Assembly: GCA_038870975.1 (NCBI GenBank) | Contig: JAVZJD010000001.1 | Span: 832,001-896,000 of the forward strand | Origin: Candidatus Bathyarchaeia archaeon | GTDB taxonomy: Archaea; Thermoproteota; CALKCG01; B24 | Reading direction: 5' to 3' | Length of the DNA: 64,000 bases | In this document: piece after piece, positions 1 through 10,860 of the stretch | How the letters are laid out: every line of letters begins with the position of its first letter | How positions within the stretch are numbered: position 1 is the first letter of the stretch | Program-made: the position numbers and the translations under genes | Notes under the pieces: generated by a model | Told to the model about the DNA's origin: nothing | The model's database searches: none | Seen by the model: only the letters and a program-made list of their open reading frames with translations

Positions 1-871
1 GAGCTACATGGCAGTAGCTTGCAAAACCCATCGGTATCATCTCTCTAAGGAGCAGAGGCGTATACAGAGATGCAACTATACTTTCGACTGTACCAGTTGC
101 AACATATGTGGCTCCCGGGTTTACAGCACCTACACCTAGTGTTCCACATGCCTGGTCGTGTCCACCTGTGACTACTAGTGTACCTTCGGCAAGTCCAGTT
201 TCCTCTGACGCCTTTCGAGATACTTCTCCTACGACTTTACCAGATGGATATGGTTCTGGAAGCTTATCCATATCTAAACCTGAGAGTTCGAGTAGTTCGT
301 AACTCCAGTTAAATCGTCTGATATCGAAAAGCATGGTTCTAGAAGCCAGCGAGTAATCTATGGCTGGGACTCCACAGAGAACCATATTGATATAATCCTC
401 CCATAGAAGAAACTTCCAAGTCTTCTCGTATATCTCTGGTTTATTCTGCTTAAACCACATGAGTTTAAATAGCGTGTAGACAGGTGAAGATGGGTGTCCA
501 GTTATATTAAAGAGCTCCTCTCTCTCTATGAGCTTGAGAAACTCATCGTGCTGTTTGACAGCCCTATCGTCCCACGTAGTTATGCAGCGGTATAATGGGT
601 TAAGCTCTTTATCTAAAGGTGTGAAAGCTTCTCCCTGGGCTGAAACGCTTAGGGATTCTACTTCCTCCGCACGAATCCCAGCCTTAGCTATAACCTCTTT
701 TACTGTTTCAACCACCCCATGCCAGACGTCTCCAGGCTCCTCCTCAGACCAGCTAGGCTTTGGATGATATAGAGGGTACTCCCTGTACGATTGAGCGATT
801 AAACGTCCACTATCGTTGAATAACACGGCTTTACATCCGGTTGTACCGACATCCAACCCTACTAGATACAT
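1..871 (-). CDS. FGGY-family carbohydrate kinase (xylulokinase-like), 3' end runs off the window
   Basis: Manual translation of the minus strand from ATG at 871 (alternative 880): MYLVGLDVGTTGCKAV..., later SAQGE, WDDRA, LFKLMWFKQN, DYSLASRTMLFD, GGHDQ; these are FGGY kinase motifs. Absent from the ORF track because it has no stop in the window. Confidence 0.9.
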   Translation of the reverse strand, partial: MYLVGLDVGTTGCKAVLFNDSGRLIAQSYREYPLYHPKPSWSEEEPGDVWHGVVETVKEVIAKAGIRAEEVESLSVSAQGEAFTPLDKELNPLYRCITTWDDRAVKQHDEFLKLIEREELFNITGHPSSPVYTLFKLMWFKQNKPEIYEKTWKFLLWEDYINMVLCGVPAIDYSLASRTMLFDIRRFNWSYELLELSGLDMDKLPEPYPSGKVVGEVSRKASEETGLAEGTLVVTGGHDQACGTLGVGAVNPGATYVATGTVESIVASLYTPLLLREMIPMGFASYCHVA

Positions 872-1017
872 CGGTAACATCTTAAACTTATTCTCAATTA
901 TAAGTATCTCCTTACTAAAGACGCTAATTCATAAATACCCATCTCCTTTAATATCATCATAGTTCAGCGAAATAAGCTAAGTATTTAAAAAGGCAAAAAC
1001 GCAATAAGCAGATAGCT

Positions 1018-1188
1018 TCATCTCAAAACCTTTAGGTGTATGGCTATGCATGCTAGATCTATAAGTCCTATGAAAGTTGCTGCAAGCCTCTCATGCGTCA
1101 TGGAAAGCCTCCTAAAGCCTACCTTTAGCCATGCGAAGAACCTTTCAACGCACCCTTTCATATGCTTGTAAGCTCCCTTTTCGAGCAT
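1018..1188 (-). pseudogene. IS5-family DDE transposase C-terminal remnant
   Basis: Manual translation MLEKGAYKHMKGCVERFFAWLKVGFRRLSMTHERLAATFIGLIDLACIAIHLKVLR* matches the IS5-family C-terminal signature Y-x-x-R-x-x-VERxFAWLKxFRRLxxRYERLxxxF; the N-terminal catalytic portion is absent. Confidence 0.75.
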
Positions 1189-1315
1189 GTATCGGCCTTA
1201 AGTGGAAGAAGGGAACTTATGAGCTACCATTCCCTATCACTTAACTCCCTAAACTCCATAGAAAACTTCTACGCTAAGAAAAATTTAATAATTTCTAAGA
1301 CTTAGAACTTTTATA

Positions 1316-1951
1316 ATGAAACGCCTCATTCTTTCCAGTTTTTCAGTTCTAATAGTAATGCTAATTTTTACAATTTCAATCGGCTTTTCAACAGAGAATG
1401 TGCCAGAAACAATCGTTTATGTCGATGGACGATGGATTCGTAGCGACGGAACTACACTCAAACTCAGTTTCATACAAGACCCAGGGATTCATGTTAAGCC
1501 TCGGACTCCAGACTTCTTAATGATGCCATATGAGGAGTATCTTAAGCTAAGTGAAAGTGGAAAACCAATAATTAAAGCCATGAAGGTCATATGTCAGTAC
1601 AAAGATACCGGAGTTACGAAAACCTTTGCTGTTGTAGAGCCAAAGCTCATCATCATAGAGTATCCCATAAGCGGCTCTCTTTCCCCAGGATACGGCCATC
1701 TTTACGGAAAGTTCTGCTCTTGCGTACAGATAGAGGTTGAGGTGACTTGGACACCGGGCGATCAAGTACTTGGCATAGGTATCGTAGACGCTGATACTGG
1801 AAAGGTGACCGGATATTGGTACACTGGCGGCTCTGCACTGGCGGTGTTCAGCACGGATTGGACGAAGTGTTACTATATCTGTATCCTGAGTTATCATGAT
1901 AATACTAAGATTATTACATATAATGGAGTAATAAGATGTTATGTATGGTAG
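1316..1951 (+). CDS. Secreted or membrane-anchored hypothetical protein with a C-terminal beta-sandwich (PPC-like) domain
   Basis: N-terminal MKR plus hydrophobic helix (signal peptide or anchor); C-terminal beta-rich segment IEVEVTWTPGDQVLGIGIVD...YYICI. Confidence 0.6.
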   Translation: MKRLILSSFSVLIVMLIFTISIGFSTENVPETIVYVDGRWIRSDGTTLKLSFIQDPGIHVKPRTPDFLMMPYEEYLKLSESGKPIIKAMKVICQYKDTGVTKTFAVVEPKLIIIEYPISGSLSPGYGHLYGKFCSCVQIEVEVTWTPGDQVLGIGIVDADTGKVTGYWYTGGSALAVFSTDWTKCYYICILSYHDNTKIITYNGVIRCYVW

Positions 1952-2120
1952 TCACCAACCTTCTTAAATTCTGTACATCTTTACATCGCTTTCTCATCGA
2001 TAATGATAGAGTTTTAGCTATTTTTGGATCTTTACATCAACCGATAATATGCCTAGTTTAAATTACATGGTCTAGGATAGGTAAGAGTTATATTCCTTCC
2101 GCCCCTATCTTTGAAGTAAT

Positions 2121-3005
2121 ATGGTCAACGTTATTTTAGACACGGATATAGGTGACGATATCGACGATGCACTGGCTCTTCTACTGCTTCTGAAATCTCC
2201 AGAGCTTAACGTCAAGGCCGTCTCGACGGTTACTGGAGATGTCGAGGCAAGGTCTATGCTGGCGCTCAGGATAATGGAGGAGATGGGTGTTAAAGATATC
2301 CCTGTAAAGCCTGGTGCTTCCAATCCTCTCTTTGGACGTTGGCCGCCCGGTGTTAAGCCTAACCAGGCTATTGCACTTGAAGGCTGGGAGAGTAGACTAT
2401 TGGAGAAGTGGCGTAGCTATAAGATGAGCATTGCAGAGTTCATAGCCTCGTTTATAGAAGAGTCTAAAGGTGAAATTGTGATCATAAGCGTAGGTCCTCT
2501 AACTAATATAGCTTTAGCTTTAGCGGCGAACCCGTGGATTGCAGATAAGGCTAGACTTGTCATGATGGGTGGATGCTTCTCTAAGCAGGTAGCTGAGTAC
2601 AATATTCATAGGGATCCTGAGGCGGCTAGGATAGTGTTCGAATCCGGTATTCCATTGACGATGGTCGGGCTGGACGTGACGCTGAAGTGTGTAATGAGCG
2701 ATGAGCAGGTTAAAGCGTTTAAGTCTTCGAAGCTTCCAGAGGTCCGGTTTGTATCTAAAATGATGGATGCTTGGACAGACGCCACAAAATTTAAGAACCC
2801 TGTACTTCACGATCCCCTAGCTGTAGCCGTATGCTTTACACAGGGTTTCGTCACGGTTAAGCCCATGCGTATATCCGTTGAGACCCGAGGAGAATACACC
2901 AGAGGCTTTACAGTGCCGGTGGAGGGGACGCCTAATGCAGAGGTATGTATCGACGTGAATAGCGACGCCTTCCTAGACTTCTATATGAAGCGTGTCTTAG
3001 GATAG
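2121..3005 (+). CDS. Inosine/uridine-preferring nucleoside hydrolase
   Basis: DTDIGDDIDDALAL, GPLTNIA, AEYNIHRDPEAA and LHDPLAV motifs. Confidence 0.93.
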   Translation: MVNVILDTDIGDDIDDALALLLLLKSPELNVKAVSTVTGDVEARSMLALRIMEEMGVKDIPVKPGASNPLFGRWPPGVKPNQAIALEGWESRLLEKWRSYKMSIAEFIASFIEESKGEIVIISVGPLTNIALALAANPWIADKARLVMMGGCFSKQVAEYNIHRDPEAARIVFESGIPLTMVGLDVTLKCVMSDEQVKAFKSSKLPEVRFVSKMMDAWTDATKFKNPVLHDPLAVAVCFTQGFVTVKPMRISVETRGEYTRGFTVPVEGTPNAEVCIDVNSDAFLDFYMKRVLG

Positions 3006-3008
3006 CTA

Positions 3009-4013
3009 TTGGGAGGTTGCCGTGTTTTGAAGGTTTCCGATTTAGGTGAAAGACTGCTTATCGAGCAGATATGGAAGGTTGTTGAATCAGACCCTGAGGA
3101 GCTTCTAGGTGCAGGTTTAGACGATGCGGCCGCCAAGGAGATTGGCGAAGGTCTCGTCTTAGTTGTACATACGGATATATGGGTTGAACGTGCTGATCTA
3201 CTGCCGGGTATGAGCTGGTATTCTGCTGGTAGGAAGGCTGTAATAGCTAATATTTCAGATATAGCTGCTAAAGGAGCTAGACCTTTAGGTATTCTGTTTA
3301 GTGTAGGTCTACCGTCAAACTTTCCCTATGAATCGTTTAAAGAGCTTGTTAAAGGTCTTGGAGATGCCGTTGCGGAATACAATACCCACTTGCTCGGTGG
3401 GGATTTAAGCGAAAGTAGTGAAGTCATACTGGCGGGTTTCATAGTAGGTTTAACTCATCGTGGTAGGCTACTCTCCCGGAGGGGAGCTAAGCCGGGCGAT
3501 ATAATCGCTACGACGGGGACTCTGGGCCTTACATCCGTAGGCTTTAAAATACTCTTAGAGGGGTTTGAAGCCCCGGAAAATTTAAAGAATAAGGCTGTTG
3601 AATCGCTGTATAGGCCTACGGCTAGGCTTAGAGAGGGTTTGGCCTTAGCAGGCTCTGGAGCAGTATCAGCCTCTATGGATATAAGCGACGGTTTAGCCGT
3701 AAGCCTAAATCAGTTAGCCGAGCTCAATAGTGTGAAGATAGTTGTAGAAGATATTCCAATAGCTTCTGAAGCTGAAGAGTTTTCGAAGATGCATGGATTT
3801 GACGTTGAACAACTCGTCTTATACGGAGGGGGTGAAGAATATGAGCTACTTTTAGCCATCAAGCCAGAGATGTGGACTGAAGCAGTAAAAACCGTGAAAA
3901 ACGTAGGTAGCACACTCTATAAGATGGGCATAGTAGAAGAGGGTAGTGGGGTTTACACAGTTGATGGTGAGAAAATCGTAGCCAAAGGATGGGAACACTT
4001 TACAAAAGCCTAG
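3009..4013 (+). CDS. thiL: Thiamine-monophosphate kinase (true start probably a few codons downstream)
   Basis: DDAA, NISDIAAKGARP, GGDL, RRGAKPGD, DISDGL, GEEYELL and terminal GWEHF motifs. Confidence 0.92.
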   Translation: MGGCRVLKVSDLGERLLIEQIWKVVESDPEELLGAGLDDAAAKEIGEGLVLVVHTDIWVERADLLPGMSWYSAGRKAVIANISDIAAKGARPLGILFSVGLPSNFPYESFKELVKGLGDAVAEYNTHLLGGDLSESSEVILAGFIVGLTHRGRLLSRRGAKPGDIIATTGTLGLTSVGFKILLEGFEAPENLKNKAVESLYRPTARLREGLALAGSGAVSASMDISDGLAVSLNQLAELNSVKIVVEDIPIASEAEEFSKMHGFDVEQLVLYGGGEEYELLLAIKPEMWTEAVKTVKNVGSTLYKMGIVEEGSGVYTVDGEKIVAKGWEHFTKA

Positions 4014-4061
4014 AGGTTTTATCTGCTTGGAAGAGGTAGGCCAACTATCGTATGCTCTATC

Positions 4062-4649
4062 TCATGTGGTCTTTGATTTTTCAGCTTCTCTGTAGATCAT
4101 GTAGGGATAGATGAGGCCGATTAAAACGAAGACACCTACTATGATGAAGACTGTTTTAAAGCCGTATTTTTCAACCATTATTCCGCCCACGGCGGCGGTT
4201 AACGCCTGTCCTAAGCTCGTCACCGCGCCGTTTATACCCCATTCGAAGGACTCTTGACCTCTATCTATGTATCTTGTGAATAGGCTCATGAAGGGAGAGT
4301 ATCGAAAAGCCACTCCGACGGCATTTATAATCTGGAGTACGTAGATATGCCATGGCAGTCTAGCGAAGACGTATAGGAGGTAACAAAGGCCTATTAGAAT
4401 CGTCCCTACTGCTGAAAGAGTTATTCTCTGCCTCTCACTAAACTTTTTGTCTACGTAGTAGGCTGAAACAAGTCTTGCAATTGAGAAGGAAGCCATGTAG
4501 ACTGCTGAGGCAAACCCTACAACACCTATTGAACCACCTACAATACTATTAGCGACGAATATTGCGAAAATAGGAGCAGTTAATCCGCTGACCGTTAAAA
4601 CGTGAAATTCAAAGGCAATTAAATACTTCACTATATTATTGATCTTCAT
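4062..4649 (-). CDS. Half-size (about 6 TM) MFS-fold membrane transporter
   Basis: 195 aa, six hydrophobic segments, MFS-like loops (AYYVDKK, GGIMVEKYGF). Confidence 0.7.
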   Translation of the reverse strand: MKINNIVKYLIAFEFHVLTVSGLTAPIFAIFVANSIVGGSIGVVGFASAVYMASFSIARLVSAYYVDKKFSERQRITLSAVGTILIGLCYLLYVFARLPWHIYVLQIINAVGVAFRYSPFMSLFTRYIDRGQESFEWGINGAVTSLGQALTAAVGGIMVEKYGFKTVFIIVGVFVLIGLIYPYMIYREAEKSKTT

Positions 4650-4929
4650 AGTCGCTCTCTCTTCTAGCTTGCGTAGGATTTCAACGTGATTTATAAGGCT
4701 TCCTTCAATAACACCTGCATATCTATGGATTTAACATAAGACCGATTTACACAATTTATCCCTCAGGATATTTCTGAAAAAGGTAGTCGGCTTCATGAGA
4801 AGAAGTTAACGTCGTATTTAAGTCAAAAGCCGACCTAAAAATTTAATAAACGAGTCTACAGAAATCTTCCCGTAAACAAGGCCTCAATTCAAACCAAAAC
4901 AGTAAGAAAAACACCATTTCAGCAACAGT

Positions 4930-5004
4930 GGGCCGGTAGTTCAGCCTGGTATGAATACCCGGTTTGCACCCGGGTGGTCGCGGGTTCAAATCCCGCCCGG
5001 TCCA
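4930..5004 (+). tRNA. tRNA-Ala(TGC)
   Basis: Acceptor stem GGGCCGG/CCGGTCC with the G3:U70 Ala determinant; anticodon arm CCCGG-TT TGC AC-CCGGG; T-loop GTTCAAATC; CCA not encoded. Confidence 0.95.
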
Positions 5005-5437
5005 CTTCCACGGGTTTTTCCATTGAAGTAAAACTCATGTAGATTATTAATCTAGATCTTTTAATGGAAAGTAAGTCGTATCATAGCTTTTCCGTTTTCC
5101 ATTGATACTGACATTTGACTTCCCATTTAGCTCTAATGTTTCTTGAAGGTTTGATTTTCAACTCTGCTCCACATTTGCTGTGCCTCCTCCTTTCCATAAA
5201 CATGTCTACCCGGTTATACTCGGTAGATATTGGAGGACTTTGGAGCTCTGAAACTTCACTTGAAGGATGGGAGGTGAGTATAAAAGTGATCATTCAAAGG
5301 GCGTCCATAAGCGATCTACATAGTATTTGCATAAAGAAGGAAATTATTAGATGTTGTTTTTATCGTACACGTAGGGTTTATTTCGAGTTTTCTACAACTG
5401 CAAAAATTAATAAATATTCTACCTCTAGAATCCTGAT

Positions 5438-8434
5438 ATGGTGGGAAAAGACTTGGTTGATGAAAAGCTTTTCAAGAAGCCAAGTTCGGAGTTTAAGGGA
5501 GTGCCCTTCTGGTCGATAAACGATAGGTTAGATCCAAGAGAGACTATGCGGCAAATAGCTCTTCTAGACGAGGGTGGATATGGAGGCGTCTTCTTCCACG
5601 CCAGGGAAGGGCTAGTGACACCATTCCTCGGTGAGGAATGGTTTAGAGCCTTTAGTGCCGCTGTTGATGAGGCTAAGAAGCGCGGCATGTATGTGTGGAT
5701 ATACGATGAGCTTAGGTGGCCCTCAGGCTTCGCAGGCGGGATTATTCCGGCTTTAAGTGCAAAGTATAGAGCTAAGGCTATTGTAATGATTCCCGGTGAA
5801 ATGGCTTATGGCGGTGAAGAAGTGATAGCCAATTTTAAGTGTAAACTGGATGACAGGCAGATACCCTGCGATTATACGCTTGCGAAGCCGGGTGAGGAAG
5901 AAGGTGGCCATCTATACCTCTCGTTTATAGTGTATGTTGCGCCGCCTGGTGAGGTATGGTATAGCGGCTTTAGTTACGTCGACCTGCTTAATCCAGAAGT
6001 CATCGAGAAGTTTCTGGAGGTTGCATATGCGCCGTACGTCAGCCGCTTCAAGGACGATATTGGAAAATGCATACCCGGAGTATTCACAGACGAGCCTAAC
6101 ATTGAAAGTAGCAGGCCTAGATTATTCGGCTTTCAAAATACAGTCCCGCCTAGAGGCTCGAGAATACCTGTGTCGGCTTTACCGTGGACTGACAACCTCG
6201 CCGAACGGTTTAAGGAGTTGAACGGCTATAGTATAGTGGATAGGCTGCCGGAGCTGTTCTTCGACGTTGGAGATTACATGAAAACCAGATATGACTTTTG
6301 GAAGACGGTAACCCTCCTATTTTTAGAGGCTTTTTCCAAGCAGATTTACGATTGGTGTGATAAGCATGGGTTGAAATTCACCGGCCACTACTTGGCTGAA
6401 GATTCTCTTCTAAGCCAGTTGACGTGCGCTGGAGCGGTAATGCCCCACTACGAGTATCAACATGTGCCTGGTATAGACCATCTAGGTATGCATGTCTGGG
6501 GTAGCCTATTAACCGCCAAACAGGTCTCAAGCGTTGCAAATCAGCTTGGGAAGGAGAGGGTTTTATGTGAAACATACGGTTGCACAGGGAATTATCCGTC
6601 TTTCGCCGATAGAAAGTGGATTGGAGATTGGCTTTACGCTATGGGTGTTAATCTGCTGAATCACCATTTAGTTCCATATTCTATGCTGGGTAGAAGGAAG
6701 AGAGATTATGGATTGAACTTCCACTGGAGTCAACCGTGGTGGAAATACAATAGAATCATAGAGGATTATTTCGCAAGGCTGAGCTATATGCTCTCTAGAG
6801 GTAAACGCATAGTTAACCTGCTGGTTATTCATCCCATTGAGAGTGCATGGGCGACGTTTTCACCCCTAAACCCGTCTAAAGTTAGAGAGCTGGATAAGCA
6901 TCTTACGAGCCTCCTCAGAACGTTACTCTCTATACATGTTGACTTCGACCTTGGAGACGAGGCTTTAATGGCGAAATATGGTTGTGTTAAGAATGGGAAA
7001 CTTCAGTTAGGCAAAATGGCTTACGATGTCGTTGTAATACCGCCAAGCGTAACCCTTGAGGAGACTACGGTCAAACTGCTGAAGTACTTCATCTCTTCCG
7101 GCGGCAAGCTCATAGCTATACAGCCCACGCCATTCCTCATAAATGGAAAACGAAGTGAAACTATCAGTGAAGTGTTGAACAAAGCCTACGTCGTCAGTAA
7201 AATCGACGAGAAATCTCTATCGGAGGCTCTTAAAGACCTGCCGAAACTGATAGAAGTAAAGGGCGATGATGGAAACGTCCTCTACCATTTAAGGCAGGAG
7301 GAGAGCGGCGTCCTCATACTATTCTTGGCTAACAGCAGTAGAGAAAAAGCCTACAACCTGAAGATATCTATCAAAGGCTTATATAATGTCGAAATGTGGG
7401 ATGCTATAAGCGGAGAAAAGACGTATTGGCCTTCAGAAGTCGAATTTGGAGAAACCGTCTGGAATGTTAGGCTTGAGCCAATTGGCTCAGCTCTCTTCGT
7501 CTTAAAGCCGGGAGAAAAACAGTCGACGCCTCAGTGTGAATGTAGAGTTAAAATATGCGAATCCTCCATAGGCGGTCCTTGGAAAATCAGAAGATTGAAC
7601 TTGAACACCCTCGTTTTAGACTACTGTAGGTATCGTGTTAGTGGAGCTTGGAGCGATCTCATGCCTGTTTGGAGGGCACACGACGCTATAGTGCGTAATG
7701 GGCTTGGCACGAGATTTACCGTGAGGTTTGAATTCGAATCTGACATAGACTTTAAAGATGGAAATGTATATCTTGTAGTTGAAAAGCCGGAGCGTTATAA
7801 GATCAACGTGAATGGTGTTGAAGTCTGCTTTAAATCGGATAAATATTGGATAGACTGGAACTTTCCAATGATAGATATATCAGGCATCGTTGGCAAAGGC
7901 TTAAACACCATTGAGCTAGAGGGGACTGTTGGCGTAGAACCAGAGCTGGAGAACATCTATCTACTCGGAGACTTCGCGGTTAGGGTCGGCGCTAGAGGCA
8001 CCTCAAGGATAATTGGAGAGCCATCACAGGTAGACCTCGGAGACCTGTGTCAAATCGGCTACCCATTCTACACAGGTGAGATGGAGCTGACTGCGAAAGT
8101 AGACCTTAACATACCAGAAAAAGCCAGGGTTGCTTTGCAGTTCGAAGGGTTGAACGCATCGCTAGCTGTAGCCTACGTGAACGGTAAAGAAGCCGGAAAA
8201 GTTATACTACCACCATACACGGTTGAGATTACAGACATAGTGAAGCCCGGAGAAAACGAGATAAAGATAGTATTGGTTGGAAGCCTGAGAAATGCTCTAG
8301 GTCCACTACACTACAAAGGTGGTGATCCGCCATTTATAGGCCCGGAAACATTCAGAGATGCTGTACACTGGACTGACGAATACGTGTTGAGACCCTTCGG
8401 TTTAAAATCCGCTAAAGTAATAATGTTCAAGTAA
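5438..8434 (+). CDS. Large glycoside hydrolase, GH106 (alpha-L-rhamnosidase)-like, with C-terminal beta-sandwich domains
   Basis: PFWSIND, GYGGVFFHAREGL, WIYDELRWPSGFAGG, FTDEP, PGIDHL, LCETYG; no signal peptide. Confidence 0.8.
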   Translation: MVGKDLVDEKLFKKPSSEFKGVPFWSINDRLDPRETMRQIALLDEGGYGGVFFHAREGLVTPFLGEEWFRAFSAAVDEAKKRGMYVWIYDELRWPSGFAGGIIPALSAKYRAKAIVMIPGEMAYGGEEVIANFKCKLDDRQIPCDYTLAKPGEEEGGHLYLSFIVYVAPPGEVWYSGFSYVDLLNPEVIEKFLEVAYAPYVSRFKDDIGKCIPGVFTDEPNIESSRPRLFGFQNTVPPRGSRIPVSALPWTDNLAERFKELNGYSIVDRLPELFFDVGDYMKTRYDFWKTVTLLFLEAFSKQIYDWCDKHGLKFTGHYLAEDSLLSQLTCAGAVMPHYEYQHVPGIDHLGMHVWGSLLTAKQVSSVANQLGKERVLCETYGCTGNYPSFADRKWIGDWLYAMGVNLLNHHLVPYSMLGRRKRDYGLNFHWSQPWWKYNRIIEDYFARLSYMLSRGKRIVNLLVIHPIESAWATFSPLNPSKVRELDKHLTSLLRTLLSIHVDFDLGDEALMAKYGCVKNGKLQLGKMAYDVVVIPPSVTLEETTVKLLKYFISSGGKLIAIQPTPFLINGKRSETISEVLNKAYVVSKIDEKSLSEALKDLPKLIEVKGDDGNVLYHLRQEESGVLILFLANSSREKAYNLKISIKGLYNVEMWDAISGEKTYWPSEVEFGETVWNVRLEPIGSALFVLKPGEKQSTPQCECRVKICESSIGGPWKIRRLNLNTLVLDYCRYRVSGAWSDLMPVWRAHDAIVRNGLGTRFTVRFEFESDIDFKDGNVYLVVEKPERYKINVNGVEVCFKSDKYWIDWNFPMIDISGIVGKGLNTIELEGTVGVEPELENIYLLGDFAVRVGARGTSRIIGEPSQVDLGDLCQIGYPFYTGEMELTAKVDLNIPEKARVALQFEGLNASLAVAYVNGKEAGKVILPPYTVEITDIVKPGENEIKIVLVGSLRNALGPLHYKGGDPPFIGPETFRDAVHWTDEYVLRPFGLKSAKVIMFK

Positions 8435-9455
8435 CAGCCTATTCTTCTATTCTCCTAGTTTTTTTCCATCCTAGCCTCTGGACATAATATTGCAGATTGT
8501 TAAAATACTGGATAAGAGCGGTTTTCTAGCCCATTAATTATAACGTCTTAGTCATTATTAGAATTGGATTCGCGTCCTTCGCAGAGATGGATCCACCGTA
8601 TACATGTAAGTGTTTTAAGAACCGCTAGAGATGGTAGGATGCTTCATATATCGTCATGCGGTTCTTATATGTTGTCTCCAGTTCTCTCTATATCCTGCCT
8701 TTTTCGTATACTCACCCTTAAGAGAGTATAGTTCGAAGGAGAAAGCATCTAAAGCCTCTGTAATATCTGATGAGAATAGCCTTTTATACCATAGGACATT
8801 TAAGGCATCAAAACTATAGCCTCAGGGATTAAAAGCTCTATCCCACCATTGACATAACAATCTCTAATCTCTAGAGTGACTTTATAGAAATGATGTAACT
8901 AATAGGAAATTTATGAATTTAAGGTTTAATTCTTCAACCTTCTTGAAGAATAGTCTTTTAGAATTAGAAAGTTCTTAAAAAGTAGAATAAAGCTTTTAAA
9001 TTGGTAGAGAAATAATTTAGAAACTGTAAAGTATGATCGGAAACATGCAAATGGAATGAATCTTAGGTGCTTTTTCCCTTCTCAATTCCATTGGCCCCCC
9101 TTGTAAATGGTGGAAAGTCGTGAACAACTTCTTCTCAGTTTTTAACCAAGTTTGAATAGAGCATGCGGTAAGAGAAGCTCGATGATAATCATTCATGTCA
9201 TCCATGGAAAGGAAAAGACTTAAACCCATCTTAATATGGGTTCCTAACATTACTTTGAAGAGCAGAGATAAACTTGGCTTCTCTATAAAGACGTAAGCTG
9301 ATTCTATTGTCGGAGTTGAGGAAAAGATGTAAAAGTAACTTCATAAAGCCGCACTTAAAACCCTATGCCTACACAGTTGTACAAGGCCAGAGAATAAAAT
9401 ACTATATGTATCATGGGAAAATCTATAGGAGCTCTCCCACGGTTTTGGACCACAG

Positions 9456-10790
9456 CTACCTATACAGTATGAGCACAGAATCCCCTGTAAACGGCGTTTT
9501 AAATGATCGCCATCCTCCTCCCAATACTGTACCAGCCGACATAATGCTACCGTCGACTGGATGCATCCACTCTACCTTCAATTCACCATCTACACTCCGC
9601 AAGTCAACCTCAACCTCTCCACCTGAAGGCAGATAGACGACGTAAACATAACCAGGCTTTGCTAGACAATACTTTGTTGAAGCTAGATCGGGCATAGGAA
9701 GCATCTCGACTAGGTTGAATCGTCTCGCTATCCTACGGGTGTTACCCATAGCTCTACGTATCTCCTCAGCATACGGGATATCATCCGCAGGTGTTAAACC
9801 AGCCCATGTAACAGTCTGATTGTTTAAACCGACTATTCGGTCCATGAAAAGGGGGTTATGTCCTCTAGTAAAGCTCTTCCAAACCCACTGTGGATTGCCC
9901 CCCTCACCCCATAAGTGGTCTGTGTCGTTTAAAACAACCTTCCTACCGTCATTCACAGGAGGGTCTTCACGGTATCCATACTCCGGGTTGGGAGATATCC
10001 AGTCGGCTGGACTGCTGAAAAGGTCAGCATTAGTTCCACTCCGTTCACCACCATATTGAAAAGTCATTCCTACTGGGTGTTGCTTAGGCATCTCAACCTC
10101 ATAAGATTTGACAAAGCGTATAAAGTAGTACTGCCACTCAGTCGAATAGTTGCCAGCTTCATTACATACTTCGTAGAGGACGTTGTCAAATTCGTTCACA
10201 GTATCTATAACCCTGCGGACATAGTCTTCCTGTAAGGTTAACACCCGCTTATTCTTGAGAGTATAGTAGTCTAACCGCCCACCGTCTACAGTATTCACAT
10301 TGTTATCTGGATGAAAAGGATGAAACTCCCAACCTTGAACGGTGAATTGAGCGCAATGTCCCTCAAAAAGCATAATAGATACGTAAATCCCTCTTTCAGC
10401 AGCCATTTCCACCCTGCTGCGTAGACGCTGAAAATACGATTCATCAAACACATGCAGGTTGAATTTAGGCTTCCCATCTCTCGCAAGACCAGGCCCAGTA
10501 CGTTTCCAAGGATGTGGTTGACTGAATGAAAACGGTCTAGCTAAGTTATAGCGGTATTTCGGCATCTCCCAACGCCACAATCGGATGAAATTATGGTTAT
10601 ATCTTTGGAGAAAATCTAGATAAGCGGAAAAGTCGAATGGGGAAGGTGGGTCGGTTATTCCCATATCCTGTAGATTATTCCACGTGTGAGAACCAGTCAG
10701 ATAGATGGCACGTTCATCATCGTCTGTAAAATAGCGGGGGTTCTTCAGATTTACGTGAAGAGAACCCTTTAAACACCCCACTTCTCCCAC
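9456..10790 (-). CDS. Putative glycoside hydrolase-like TIM-barrel protein with C-terminal putative collagen-binding domain (DUF6298/DUF4038-like)
   Basis: LTGSHTWNNLQD, HNFIRLW, NVLYEVCNE (clan GH-A-like NE), DTDHLWG; C-terminal YVVYLPSGG...WMHP..G...P..GD.VL. Confidence 0.65.
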   Translation of the reverse strand: MGEVGCLKGSLHVNLKNPRYFTDDDERAIYLTGSHTWNNLQDMGITDPPSPFDFSAYLDFLQRYNHNFIRLWRWEMPKYRYNLARPFSFSQPHPWKRTGPGLARDGKPKFNLHVFDESYFQRLRSRVEMAAERGIYVSIMLFEGHCAQFTVQGWEFHPFHPDNNVNTVDGGRLDYYTLKNKRVLTLQEDYVRRVIDTVNEFDNVLYEVCNEAGNYSTEWQYYFIRFVKSYEVEMPKQHPVGMTFQYGGERSGTNADLFSSPADWISPNPEYGYREDPPVNDGRKVVLNDTDHLWGEGGNPQWVWKSFTRGHNPLFMDRIVGLNNQTVTWAGLTPADDIPYAEEIRRAMGNTRRIARRFNLVEMLPMPDLASTKYCLAKPGYVYVVYLPSGGEVEVDLRSVDGELKVEWMHPVDGSIMSAGTVLGGGWRSFKTPFTGDSVLILYR

Positions 10791-10860
10791 CTACGTAAAG
10801 CATCTGTCAATGTTGAGGATTTAAAAATTATGCGATAGTGTAGTTCTCATACTTAAAACG

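Noticed and set aside
8440-9450. Short ORFs and protein-like fragments in the 1-kb gap after the GH106-like gene
   Set aside because: Possibly decayed genes, but no family motif could be recognised.
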